A DNA stretch of 63,133 nucleotides, the filler included, from Chiloscyllium plagiosum (taxonomy: Eukaryota), in NCBI RefSeq assembly GCF_004010195.1. It is 4 parts of one record of this genome, joined end to end, with 100 filler letters (N's around TTAATTAATTAA, not from the genome) between each part and the next. Parts side by side here need not be neighbours in the genome. Positions count along the whole stretch, not along the records: positions 1 to 13,669 come from NC_057717.1; 3 more parts are not named here. One strand, written 5' to 3'. Positions 1-11,288 of the stretch are shown piece after piece (the stretch's first letter is position 1; the number at the start of each line of letters is the position of its first letter). The notes under the pieces are model-generated. The model saw only the letters and a program-made list of their open reading frames with translations, was not told the origin of the DNA and ran no database searches. Position numbers and translations under genes: made by a program.

Positions 1-1066
1 TAACAGGGGAATGGGACTGTGTAACAGGTAAATGGACTGTGTAACAGGGGAATGGGACTATGTAACAGGTAAATGGACTGTCTAACAGGGGAATGGGACT
101 GTGTAACAGCGGAGTGGGACTGTGTAACAGGGGAATGGGACTGTTTAACGGGGAATGGAACTGTGTAACAGGGGAATGGGACTGTGTAACAGGTAAATGG
201 ACTGCCTAACAGGGGAATGGGACTGTGTAACAGCGGAGTGAGACTGTGTAACAGGGGAATGGGACTGTGTAACAGCAGAGTGGGACTGTGTAACAGGGGA
301 ATGGACTGTATAACAGGTAAATGGACGGTCTAACAGGGGAATAGGACTGTGTAACAAGGGAATGGGACTGTGTAACAGGGGAATGGGACTGTGTAACAGC
401 AGAGTGGGACTGTGTAACAGGGAAATGGACTATGTAACAGTGGAATGGGACTGTGTAACAGTGGAATGGACTGTGTAACAGGGGAACGGGACTGTGTAAC
501 AGCAGAGTGGGACTGTGTAACAGGGGAATGGACTGTGTAATAGGGGAACGGGACTGTGTAACAGCAGAGTGGGACTCTGTAACAGGGGAATGGACTGTGT
601 AACAGTGGAATGGGACTGTGTAACAGGGGAATGGGACTGTGTAACAGGGGAATGGACTGTGTAACAGGGGTATGGGACTTTGTAACAGAGGAATGGGACT
701 GTGAAACAGGGGAATGGACTGTGTAACAGGTGAATGGACTGTGTAACAGGGGAATGGGATTGTGTAACAGGGGAATGTGAGTGAGTAACAGGGAAATGGA
801 ACTGTGTAACAGGGGAATGGGACTGTGTAACAGGGGAATGGGATTGCGTAACAGGGGAATGGACTGTGTAACGGGGAATGGGACTGTGTAACTGGGGAAT
901 GGAACTGTGTAACGGGGAATGGGATTGCGTAACAGGGGAATGGAACTGTGTAACAGAGGAATGGGACTGTGTAACAGGGGAATGGGATTGCGTAACAGGG
1001 GAATGGGACTGTGTAACAGGGGAATGGGATTGCGTAACGGGGAATGGGACTGTGTAACAGTGGAAT
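1..1066. repeat. Minisatellite, 20-21 bp unit (GGGGAATGGGACTGTGTAACA and variants), about 50 copies, truncated by the window start
   Basis: Tandem units are directly visible. The minus-strand ORFs read as repeated HSPVTQS. Confidence 0.97.
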
Positions 1067-1088
1067 CGACTCAGTAGTGAAGCAAGGT

Positions 1089-2275
1089 CATACAACCATA
1101 GAATCATACAGTACAGAGGAAGCCCTTTGGCTCAAGTCTGTAACGGTAAAAATATACTACCTGCTGTGGGCCTCAATTTCCCACACTAGGCCAAAGCCAT
1201 GAATGTTCAAGGGCTCACCCAAGTACGTTTTTAAAAAATTGTGAGTTTTCCCCCTCCCTCTCCCCAGCAGTGCATTCCAGACCTCCACCACCCTCTGGGT
1301 GAAAGCAGTTTTACTCAAACCCTCTCTAAACCTTCTGCCTTTCACTATAAAATTATACTCCCTTGTTGATCCTCAACTAAGTAGAACAGCAGCTTTCTAT
1401 TCACCCTCATCTGTGCCCCTCATAATTTCATACACCCCACCAGGTTCCCCCCATTCCCCGGTTACCCAGGCAACATTCTGGTGAATCTTCTCTGCACCCC
1501 TTTCAGTGCAAACTTATCCTTCCTATAATGCGGTGACCAGAACTGCACAGAGTACTCCAAACGTGGCCGAACCAAAGTTCTGTGCAGCTCCAATACAATC
1601 TCCCTGTTTTTATAATCCAGGATACAGTCAAGTGTACAGTATGCATGCCTTCGTAATTGTACTATTAACCTGTCCTGTCACCTTCAGGGATCTGGGGACT
1701 GGTAACCCAAGATCCCTCTGTTCATCTGAGCTTCCTAGCGTCCTGCCATTCACTGAGTACTTCCTTGTCTTGCTCCTTCTTCCAAAGTGCATCATCTCAT
1801 ATTTACCAGAGTTAAATTCCCTCTGCCACTGACCCGCTTAGCTGACCAATCTCTTTATACCCTCCTGTAACCCAACATTGTCCGCTTCACTGTCAGCAAC
1901 CCAGGCCAATCTTTGTGTCATTTGCAAAGTTACTGAAGAACCACACCACTTCCCCCCGCTCCCCATATTCTCATCTACATCATTTATAAATATCACACAC
2001 AATAAGGGATCCAGCACTGATCCCTGTGGTACACCACAGCATATTGGGCTCCAGTCACTCCAACAGCCTTCTACCCCCACCCTCTGTCTCCTGTCAATAA
2101 GCCAGATTTGGATCCATCTTGCCAAGTTATCTGGAATCCCATGAGCTTTCAGCTTTTATCATTTTCCCATATAGGACCTTGTTAAAGGCCCTGCTGAAAT
2201 CCATATAAACTGCATCCACTTTCCTTTCCTCAAACAAAGACTTGGTCACCAATTTGAAAAATTCCATCAGATTTT
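1089..2275 (-). mobile_element. CR1-type LINE, 3' part (RT C-terminus and 3' UTR), decayed
   Basis: Minus-strand peptide WIQIWLIDRRQRVGVEG...GVPQGSVLDPLL..IFIND, plus a CATAGAATCATAC tail at the left end. Confidence 0.9.
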
Positions 2276-2599
2276 TAGAATTCCTGCAGTGTGGAAACAG
2301 GCCCTTTGGCCCAACAAGTCCACACTGACCCTAAAAAGAGTAACCCACCCAGACCCATTCACCTACCCTATATTTGCTTAATGCACCTAATCTACACATC
2401 CCTGAACTCGATGGGCAATTTTGCATGGTCAATTCACATCTTTGGATTGTGGGAGGAAACCGGAGTTCCCAGAGGAAACCCACACAGACACGGGGAGAAT
2501 GTGCAAACTCCACAGAGACAGTCGTCTGAGGCTAGAATTGAACTCAGGTCTCTGGCGATGTGAGGCAGCAGTGCTAACCACTGAGCCACCATACCACCC
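2276..2599 (-). mobile_element. tRNA-derived SINE (HE1/V-SINE type) inserted into the CR1
   Basis: Minus strand begins GGGTGGTATGGTGGCTCAGTGGTTAGCACTGCTGCCTCAC (A box) followed by GAGTTCAATTC (B box), then the TGTGGAGTTTGCACATTCTCCCCGTGTCTG core. Confidence 0.92.
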
Positions 2600-2785
2600 T
2601 TTGCTGGGCATGATCTCCCTCTGACAGAGCCATGTTGATTATCCCTGACCAAACTATTTCTCCTTCATTATTTTCGCTAATAGTTTCCCTACCATTAATG
2701 TTAGACTCACAGGTCTATAGTGCCCTGGTCTATTTCCACCATGCGTCTTGTACAGTCGAACTACATTAACCATCCTTCTGTTTAC
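2600..2785 (-). mobile_element. Continuation of the CR1 LINE interrupted by the SINE
   Basis: Minus-strand sequence encodes QHGSVRGRSC and the YRPVSL region. Confidence 0.8.
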
Positions 2786-2813
2786 TTAAGACTTTGGGTC
2801 AGGGCCCAAGACT

Positions 2814-2985
2814 TTGGGTGGAGTGGGAAGGGGAGTTAAGTGTTCAGCCATTGGGCAGTGGGGTTGGTTGGTGCAGGTGTCCCAGAGATGTTCTCTGAAG
2901 TGCTCTGCAAGTAGGCATCCTGTGTCCTCAGTGTAGAGAAGACTGCATCGGGAGCAATGGATACAGTAAATGATGTGTATGGAAG
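2814..2985 (-). mobile_element. Penelope-like GIY-YIG fragment, inverted relative to the adjacent copy
   Basis: Reverse-complement similarity to about 3490-3650 (TGTATCCATTGCTCCCGATGC...GAACATCTCTGGGACACC). Confidence 0.8.
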
Positions 2986-3909
2986 TCTCCTAAAGACCGC
3001 AATTTCCCCTCCCACGTAGTCGATGATGTCCTCTAACGCATTTCGTCCATTTCCCGCACATCCACCCTTGAACCCCACTCCTCCAACCGCAACAAGGACA
3101 GAACACCCCTGGTGCTCACCTTCCACCCCACCAACCTCCGTATACATCACATCATCCTCCGCCATTTCCACTACCTACAAATGGATCCCGTCACCAGAGA
3201 TATATTTCCCTCCCCACCCATTTCCATTTTCCACAAAAACCATTCCCTCCGTGACTACCTGGTCAGGTCCACGCCCCCCTACAACCCACCCTCCCGTCCT
3301 GGCACCTTCCCCTGCCACCGCAGGAACTGTAAAACCTGCGCCCACACCTCCTCCCTCACCTCCTCCAAGGCCCCTTTCCCCTGCCACCGCAGGAACTGTA
3401 AAACCTGTGCCCACACCTCCTCCCTCACCTCCATCCAAGGCCCTAAAGGAGCCTTCCACATCCATCAAAGTTTTACTTGCACATCCAATAATATCATTTA
3501 TTGTACCCGTTGCTCCCGATGCGGTCTCCTCTACATTGGGGAGACTGGGCGCCTCCCAGCAGAGCACTTTAGGGAACATCTCCGGGACACCCGCACCAAT
3601 CAACCAAACCACCCCGTGGCTGAAAATTTCAACTCCCCCTCCCACTCTGCCGAGGACATGGAGGTGCTGGGCCTCCTTCACCGCCGCTACCTCACCACCC
3701 AATGCCTGGAGGAAGAACACCTCATCTTCCACCTCGGAACACTTCAACCCCTTTATCTCTCCACCCCGGGGCTCTCAGCCTCATTCCTGATGAAGGGTTT
3801 ATGCCTGAAATGTCGACTCTTCTCCCCCTCGGATGCTGCCTGACCTGCTGTGCTTTTCCAGCACCGCACTCTCGACTCTGATCTCCAGCATCAGTCCTCA
3901 CTTTCTCCC
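2986..3909 (+). mobile_element. Penelope-like element (family A), 3' part: thumb/linker, GIY-YIG endonuclease and pLTR tail
   Basis: ORF 3112-3843 contains PCHRRNCKTC and NIIYCTRCSRCGLLYIGETGR...FREH...HPVAENFN. The 3' end reads CATTCCTGATGAAGGG...GATCTCCAGCATC..TCCTCACTTTCTCC. Confidence 0.9.
3783..3818 (+). ncRNA. Minimal hammerhead ribozyme motif in the PLE pLTR (CpG-decayed)
   Basis: ATTC-CTGATGA-AGGGTTTATGCCT-GAAATGTC-GA: both core boxes flank a stem II. Confidence 0.6.
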
Positions 3910-3911
3910 TG

Positions 3912-4137
3912 TGTAATAATCCTTCAGAGGCCGGTCTCCCATCACCAATAACCCTTTGTTTGTTCACAAATGCATAGCCTTTGACAATAGCCTCTCACTG
4001 AGTCAGGCATTCAGAGGCTCAATCTCTCTAACATTCCGATTTATTTCTGTCAGCCAGGGCTCCCTGATTGGACCAGATTAACGGCCTCAATCAGGGAACT
4101 CAGATTCTATGAGGTCCACTTTGATGACCCCCTTACA
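3912..4137 (-). mobile_element. LTR (3' LTR) of a Gypsy-type retrotransposon
   Basis: TGTAA...TTACA termini. A polypurine tract on the minus strand (plus 4141-4158 TCTTCATCCCATCCCCT) is adjacent, with integrase upstream. Confidence 0.75.
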
Positions 4138-4866
4138 ATCTCTTCATCCCATCCCCTCTGAGTCCGAGGACATAGGCAGGTCTGTTTTCTCCTGGGTGCT
4201 TTAGCACCAGGTCAGATTCCTGTGACTCAGTATCTGATACGGGCGGTGTGTAATGAGGAGATCACTTCTTGCGCCAGGAGAGCCTCAGTAGAATTTCATT
4301 CTCTTCTTCCAGTGGCAGAGATGTTGAGGCAGCTACACCCACCATGTCTATCTCTGATGCAGAGAAATCGCAATTCTTGATGGTGAGGGAGAGCAAGTGG
4401 GTTGTGACAGCCTTTCCAGGTTTTCGAAGGAGCGTGGCATGTTTTGTGAGTTTGTAGCTTTCATGTGGTCCATGTGCTTGTTGTAGAACTGTTGTAGCTA
4501 CCTGAACCTCAGACATCACTGGACCCGACTTCACATTGACCAGGCCTCTTAGCCATTCCTGTGGCTCCTGCACCAACCTTCATCTCTCTCGCCTAGCGGA
4601 GCCTTGTGCCTGGCACTGGCATTCCTGATGCCATTGCACCCTCCCACCTCCCCAGGTTTGGGAAGATCAGATTTAACCTGGTGCAGAGTCTCGTACCCAT
4701 TAGCAACTCTGCTGGAGTTATCCCTATTGTTGCATGAGGGACGGTCCTATAACCAAATATGAACCATGCTGGCTTGGTATCTAGCGAGGCTGTAGGCTGT
4801 TCCCTCCATCCAGTCTTTAAAGTTTGGAGTGCTCTTTCTGCCAGGCCATTGGATGATAGATGGTAT
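4138..4866 (-). mobile_element. Gypsy internal region: integrase C-terminal half, decayed
   Basis: YHLSSNGLAERALQTLK...GYRTVPHATIGITPAELLMG in ORF 4593-4901. Confidence 0.85.
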
Positions 4867-5269
4867 GTGTTGCATTTTGGTAAGGCAAAGCAGGACAGCA
4901 CTTACACAGTTGATGGTACTGGCCTGGGGAGTGTTGCTGAACAAAGAAACCGAGAGGTGCAGGTGAATACTTCCTTTGATGTCCAAAGAGAACATAGGTA
5001 GGTGAAAAGGAAATATTTAAAAATAATCAAAGAGGTATCTTTTTCACGCAGAGGGTGGTGCGTGTATGGAATGAGCTGCCAGAGGAAGTGGTGGAGGCTG
5101 GTACAATTATAGCATTTAAGAAGCATCTGGATGGGTATATGAACAGGAAGAGTTTAGAGGGATATGGGTCAAGTGCTGGCATTTGGGACTAGATTAGGTT
5201 AGGATATTTGGTCGGCATGGACGGGTTGGGCTAAAGAGTCTGTTTCCCTGCTGTGCGAATATATGACTT
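4867..5269 (+). mobile_element. CR1 3' fragment interrupting the Gypsy integrase
   Basis: TGCATTTTGGTAAGGCAAAG...TTTTTCACGCAGAGGGTGGTGCGTGTATGGAATGAGCTGCC...TATGACT. Confidence 0.85.
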
Positions 5270-5439
5270 AAGAGCATATTTGACATACCTTTAAAATTGT
5301 CAGGCACAGTTTGGACACACTGGGGCACCATAGCTGGGAGAAAGTGAGATGAGATGTGAGATATTCAATGACAGGACCCTATCCCATCATCAACATGACA
5401 CCATGGTCTCCATCACAGGCATCAACCTCCAAGGGCCCA

Positions 5440-5800
5440 AGAAAACTGTTGCATCTCTGGTCAAGGAGGAAATGGAAAGCTCTCACATCACCCCTGGCCA
5501 GGGCTGGAGGTGGGAGAGAGGTTAGATGCCCCCAGTAAAGAAGAGATGGTTCTGGCCAAGAATTTGAACATTTCAGTTGTGCTAGGGGGCATCAGGACGA
5601 TGGGGAGAGACTGGACAAGAGGAGATAAAAAAAATAGAGTCAAGGTATGAAGGCCAGCCATTTTCTGGATCAGGACAGGTAAAAGCAATCGGTTTGTTGG
5701 GGTAAGTCCTGTCGATGGATCTTAAGAAGGAGGAAGAAGTGGTTATATGTAGTTGGGGTAATAGGAGCTTGGAAGCCGTGAAGTAAGGTCACTGGATAAT
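5440..5800 (-). mobile_element. Decayed Penelope-like reverse transcriptase fragment
   Basis: Minus peptide FFLSPLVQSLP...TTEMFKF, resembling the PLE RT region that follows PKIHK...RPIVS. Confidence 0.5.
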
Positions 5801-6936
5801 GATGGAGTGATGAATACTGCCACACCCTGATTTAATTTTGTTGCTGCTGATGGCCCCTGGCACTTGAAGGATGCCCTGTGTGGGCTGTTGGCTCTGAATC
5901 GATCCCACTGAGCACAGTGGTAGTGCCATACACGTACAACAGAAACCAGTCTGTCAACCCAATGGTTTCAGATGAGGAGAACACAGGAATAATGATTACG
6001 GTTAAGAATCGCTCTCTTGCCTGAAACCGCTGTCCTCAATAATTACATACCCTGCCTGTCACTGATCCAACGTGCATTTAGCTTGATGAATAAAGCACTA
6101 ACTAAAACTGACACCTGCTCTGATCCTCTGCTGTGTGGAATGTGAAATTATGATTGACAGATGAGAGTGTGGGCACCATAGAAATAAATAATCCCTTTAA
6201 ATTCCATTCAGCTCCATTTCCATTTTAATCTTTTGCAAACCAAATGGATTTAAATCCAGATATTATTTTCCTGCAGGAGCTGCTTATCTCAACGAATGCT
6301 GCTGCTGATAATCACAAGAAAATAAATCATAGAGGGGGTGAAGCAGCTCGAAAGAAGTTGAATAATTCTTTGCATTTAAACCGGGATTAATTAAAAAGTA
6401 GAAATTCTAAATGCATATATTTCAATTATTGCAAGATTTGAACACAGGGAGATTCAGTTGCATGCAATAATGGCAGCTTGAGTTTCTGTGGCTTTATTGC
6501 AGCAACTGTGATAACTCTTCACAGAAGTTTCAACCAGACTTTCTCTTTGAGTGATGCCCCTCTCCTGTCCCATAAGGATAAAAGTTGCAGCTGCATTTGT
6601 GGATCTGTGGAGTTTTAAATGAGGTATGGGTGGACAACTCTATGGAAGAGATGTTAAGTGAATCTGAGGACTTTTCAACTGTTTGCATCATTTGAACTGT
6701 TTCAATGTAAGGTGGTTTAATGGCTACTCAAAACTAAAGCAAAAGCAAGCTGCAAAAGAACTCATATGATTATGGGAAGCCACAGTTGCACAATGTACAA
6801 ATGCAACCAACCGCCTGTCTACAAAATACACAAAACAAGATTGTATACATTATCATTGCAGTTACAAGTTATCCCATTTACCCATTGTATGTGGTCAATA
6901 AAGAAAATGATCATTCACGAATAAAATCTTGCTGCT

Positions 6937-7228
6937 ACGGTGGCACAGTGGTTAGTGCTGCTGCCTCACAGCGCCAGGGACCTGGGTTCAATTCCTGCCT
7001 CAGTAACTGGCTGTGTGGAGTTTACACATTCTCCCTGTGAAGTGATGGTTTCTCTGGTGTGCTCTGGTTTCCTCCCACAGTCACAAAGATGTGCAGGTTA
7101 GGTGAATTGGCCATGCTAAATTGCCCGTAGTGTTAGGGGAATGGGTATGGGTGGGTTGCTTTTCGGAGGGTTGGTGTGGACTTGTTGGGCTGAAGGGCCT
7201 GTTTCCACGCTGTAGGGAATCTAATCTA
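6937..7228 (+). mobile_element. HE1/V-SINE-type SINE
   Basis: A box TGGCACAGTGG, B box GGTTCAATTCC, conserved core and an AATCTAATCTA tail. Confidence 0.93.
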
Positions 7229-7916
7229 AAAAAATTCTATTCAGTGTCACTTTCCTCAGTTGTTACATTTACATTTCATCCATTATCTTTAAAGTGTTTG
7301 GGATTGCTTTTGTAACATGCTTGTGAGTTTGTTATTTCCCAATTCCTGAGGTGATGTTCCTTCCCTGTAATTAGAGCTTGATCAGAGCATGATATCTGTC
7401 TCTCCAAATCATGTCCATTCCGGCTTGATGGTGTCCACAGCATGTTAAGCTGTTGTTGCTAGTTTGTTTTTTGATTTGGGTGAAAGCTGTTTCTTACTGC
7501 CAGCCCTAGTAACTGCTGCATATCCTTAGCAGGGAGCTTGTGTAGATGTTCGCACACTGATAACATATTTGGCAAGAATCTTGCTAGATAGTTCGTGAAG
7601 CTACCAAACTGTTACCCTGTTTTCATATCTGTTGTTGCTGCCTGTCTGCTACAGCTCTCATCCTGTGAGGATCCGGCCGATATGCTCTCAGTACATGCCA
7701 ATATACGTGACTTCAAGCTTCAGCTGTTGCATTTCATTCTTCTTGGTTCGTTCTTTTTCTTATCAAACCTTCTCTTCTGCTGTTATTTGATGACTCCCTC
7801 ATCTGCTTTCACGTGCTTACCAACATCTGCCAGCTCCTTAAACATTGATTCATTGTGGTGTTGCTGTCCTTCTCTCCTTTACTTTAGATCTCTGGGAGGT
7901 TGTTGAGACCCTGAAA

Positions 7917-8692
7917 CAAGGATGTTGCCCGGACTCAATGGTCTGAGTCATAGGGAGAGGTTGGACAAGCTAGGACTTTCATCTTTAGCGCATAGGAGAT
8001 GGAGAGCGGAGCTTATAGAAGCGTGTAAGATCATGAGAGGCACGGATAGGGTGAATGCACTCAATCTTTTTCCCAGGGTTGGGGAATCGAGGACTGGAGA
8101 CCATCCGTTTAAGGTTAGGGGGGAAAGAATGACAGGGAACTCAAGGGGCAACCTTTTTACACAGAGGGTGGTTTGCATATGGAATGAACTGCCAATGGAA
8201 GTAATTGAGGCAGGTACATTGATTAGATTAGATTAGATTCCCTACAGTGTGGAAACAGGCCCTTCGGCCCAACAAGTCCACACCAACCCTCCGAAGAGCA
8301 ACCCACCCAGACCCATTCCCCTAACTAATGCACGTAACACTACGGGCAATTTAGCATGACCAATTCACCTAACCTGCACATCTTTGGACTGGGGAGGAAA
8401 CCGGAGCACCCGGAGGAAACCCACGCAGACACAGGAAGAATGTGCAAACTCCACACAGGCAGTTGCCTAAGGTGGGAATTGAATCCGGGTCCCTGACTCT
8501 GTGAGGCAGCAGTGTACATGAACACCATTTAAAAGACATTTGGACAAAGACATGGATAGAAAAGGTTTAGAAGAATACGGGCCAAGTGCAGGGAAATGGG
8601 GTGAGCGTGGATGGATATTTTGGTCAGCATAGACCAGTTTGAGCCAAAGGGCATGTCTCAATGCTGTAGAACTCTATGAGTCTATGACTCTA
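7917..8692 (+). mobile_element. CR1 3' end, split by a SINE at 8221-8513
   Basis: MLPGLNGLSHRERLDKLGL...FTQRVVCIWNELP and a CTCTATGAGTCTATGACTCT tail. Confidence 0.9.
8221..8513 (-). mobile_element. HE1-type SINE, slightly 5'-truncated, with a 6-bp TSD (GTACAT)
   Basis: (GATTA)n tail, SINE core, and GTACAT at 8214-8219 and 8514-8519. Confidence 0.9.
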
Positions 8693-8708
8693 ATGTCACT
8701 GCAGTCAT

Positions 8709-8733
8709 TGTAACAGGTCAGCCAGGTGGACCT
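8709..8733 (+). mobile_element. Gypsy LTR 5' fragment (same family as 3912-4137), continued at 10061-10088 after a CR1 insertion
   Basis: TGTAACAGGTCAGCCAGGTGGACCT plus CATAAGATATGAGTCCCCTGATTGG resembles the reverse complement of about 4088-4137. Confidence 0.6.
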
Positions 8734-9188
8734 GTTAGAGACAAGGTGCTGGCATGGATAGAAGCTTGGCTGTCTGGCAGAATGCAGAGAGTGGGGATAA
8801 AAAGGTCTTTCTCAGGATAGCAGCCGGTGACAAGTGGTGTTCCGCAAGGCTCAGTATGGAGACCACAATGTTTCACTTTATACATTAGTGATCTAGATGA
8901 AAGAACTGAGGGATAAATTTGCAGATGATACAAAGATAGGTAGAGGGACAGGTAGCATTGAGGAAGTGGGAGGCTACAGAAGGATTTGGACAGATTAGGA
9001 AAGTGGGCAAAAACATGGCAGATGGAGTATAATGTGGGAAAGTGTGAGGACATGCACTTTGGTAGGAAGAATAGAAGCATGGACCATTTTCTTAATGGGG
9101 AGAAAATTCAGAATTCTGAAGTGCAAAGAGACTTGGGAGTTGTGTCCAGGATTCTCTCAAGGTAAACTTGCGGGTTGAGTCAGTAGTT

Positions 9189-9407
9189 AGCTGAAAATGT
9201 GTTGCTGGAAAAGCGCAGGTCAGGCAGCATCCAAGGAGCAGGAGAATCGACGTTTCGGGCATGAGCCCTTCTTCAGGAATCCTGTAGAAGGGCTCATGCC
9301 CGAAATGTCGATTCTCCTGCTCCTTGGATGCTGCCTGACCTGCTGCGCTTTTCCAGCAACACATTTTCAGCTCTGATCTCCAGCATCTGCAGTCCTCACT
9401 TTCTCCC
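9189..9407 (+). mobile_element. Fold-back (inverted pLTR plus tail) PLE family A insertion with a 13-bp TSD
   Basis: About 90-bp inverted arms (9189-9280 and 9281-9372) plus a 35-nt tail. TSD TGAGTCAGTAGTT at 9176-9188 and TGAGTCAATAGTT at 9408-9420. Confidence 0.9.
9244..9280 (-). ncRNA. Minimal hammerhead ribozyme motif with intact core
   Basis: Minus strand ATTC-CTGAAGA-A-GGGC-TCAT-GCCC-GAAACGTC-GATTC. Confidence 0.7.
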
Positions 9408-10170
9408 TGAGTCAATAGTTAGGAAGGCAAATGCAATGATGGCATTTATTATAAGAGGACTTGAAATATTAAAGCAGCGATGTACTTCTGAGGCTCTATA
9501 AGGCTGTGGTCAGATGACATTTGGAGTCTGGTGCACAGTTTTGGGCCCCATATCTCAGGAAGCATGGACTGGCCCTGGAGCATGTTCAGAGGAGGTTCAC
9601 GAGAATGGATCCAGCAATGAAAAGCTTAACATATGAGGAATGTTTGTGGACTCTGGGTCTATACTTGATGGAGTTGACAAGGATAAGGGGGGATCTAACT
9701 GAAACTTACGAACGGCCTAGACAGAGTGGATATTGGGAAGGTGTTTCCTTTGGTAGGAAAGACTAGGATCCAAGGGCACAGCCTTCGAGTAAAGGGAAGA
9801 CCTTTTAGAATTGAGATAAGGAGAAACTTCTTCACCAAGAGAGCGATGAATCTGTGGAATTCACTACCACAGCAGGCTGTGGGGGCCTGGTCATTGACTA
9901 TATTTAAGACAGAGATAGATAGATTGTGATTGCCAGGGGGAATCAAGGGTTATAGGGAGAAAGCAGGAGAATGGAAATGAGAAACGTTTCAGCCATGATC
10001 AAATGGCGGAGCAAAGTCGATGGGCTGAATGGCCTAATTTCTGCTACTATGTCTTATGGTCTCATAAGATATGAGTCCCCTGATTGGGCATGCAGAGTTA
10101 GTGATGCCAGGGTTTGGGGTGAGTGTGAGAAAGTGTTGGAGGATTAATGAGAGTGGTAGAGACTGAGACT

Positions 10171-11020
10171 TGTCGGGGTGTAAGTACAGTATCAGGGATA
10201 GACTGAGTGTGAGATCACAGCAGGAACATAGCTGACAGACTGGAAAAGATCATTGACATATCTCCTTCACTGCCGGCCATTCCTCCTGCAAGCGGGCATC
10301 AGAGCCGCCCCGCATTTGCCACGGGACTATGCCTACATCAGGAAACGATAAGAATTCATTTTTGTGTTTTAAACAGCAGTCGCAGCTTTAAAACCCACAA
10401 AAACTCAGCAGCTGCCGGTCTGCCCACGTGACTGAGAGATAGGAGACAGAGGACAGATAGAATCCACACTAGACCAACATTATCCATGACTCATGGGCCA
10501 AAACTCCGGGATTAATTAAATATGGAAACCCATCTCCTAATCACATCAAGAGACTGACTGAAACACACACATACCTATCGATACGGAGCCATTCTGACAC
10601 AAAGGACAGGCATCCACCAGACAGGTACGGACAGACCAATACACACCAACACCCCAAGGGAACAAAGGGGGGTGCTAGCCCGGGCCCTCACAGAGAGAGA
10701 CAAGCAGATAATACCCAGACCCGTTTTACATAAACCAATTGGCACCCTATTGTGCGTGCCCTGCAACTCTCCTGGGACGGCAGGAAACAGTCTATTCGCA
10801 CCTACTCCAGTGATGATGGGGAACTATCATCCCATTCATCCTCAAATCCCACACATCCTGACAACTAAAAGTATAAAATATGAAGCTGCGCACGGGAACA
10901 GCAGAGCAGCCGAGATTCGGACCTCGGCTGATCTCCGCCGGCATTACTGCAGTAATAAACGTTACCGATTGTTGAACCGCACTCTGGGCTCGGACTGATA
11001 TCATTTCATCCGCGCTAACA
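10171..11020 (+). mobile_element. Probable ERV LTR (left boundary uncertain)
   Basis: TATAAAA at 10872-10878, a hairpin at 10907-10930, AATAAA at 10954-10959 and a CTAACA end at 11020. It is CpG-retaining and lies upstream of same-strand gag and integrase fragments. Confidence 0.6.
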
Positions 11021-11154
11021 ACTGCCTTGGTGAAAAATCTTACATTCGAACACCAAGATCTGTAGGATCAAAGAGATGTGCTTTCCTTTTCTGGCTTGGT
11101 TGGGCGTTTTATGTAAATCGCAAAGCAATAGTTGAGAAAACCATTCTTAAAGTA

Positions 11155-11288
11155 CAAGGGTTTGGAGAGATATGGGCCGGGTGCTGGCAGGTGCGACTAG
11201 ATTGGGTTGGGATATCTGGTCGGCATGGATACGTTGGACTGAAGGGTCTGTTTCCATACTGTATGTGTCTATGACTCTACGACTCTAA
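11155..11288 (+). mobile_element. CR1 3' UTR fragment
   Basis: AAGGGTTTGGAGAGATATGGGCC...CTATGACTCTACGACTCT. Confidence 0.85.

Larger units (their letters stand above)
8734..10060 (+). mobile_element. CR1 LINE 3' 1.3 kb (second subfamily, TCTTATGGT tail) containing a fold-back PLE insertion
   Basis: GVPQGSV, FADD-like TTTGCAGATGATAC, QFWAPYLRK and NFFTKRAMNLWNSLP motifs. Confidence 0.92.

Noticed and set aside
145..1107. ORFs of 70 and 225 aa with HSPVTQS repeats
   Set aside because: Translation of a 21-bp minisatellite; frequent 20-bp units break the frame.
10672..10998. 108-aa ORF in the putative LTR as a viral accessory gene
   Set aside because: GTG start, runs through the TATA and poly(A) signals, and has no recognisable motif.
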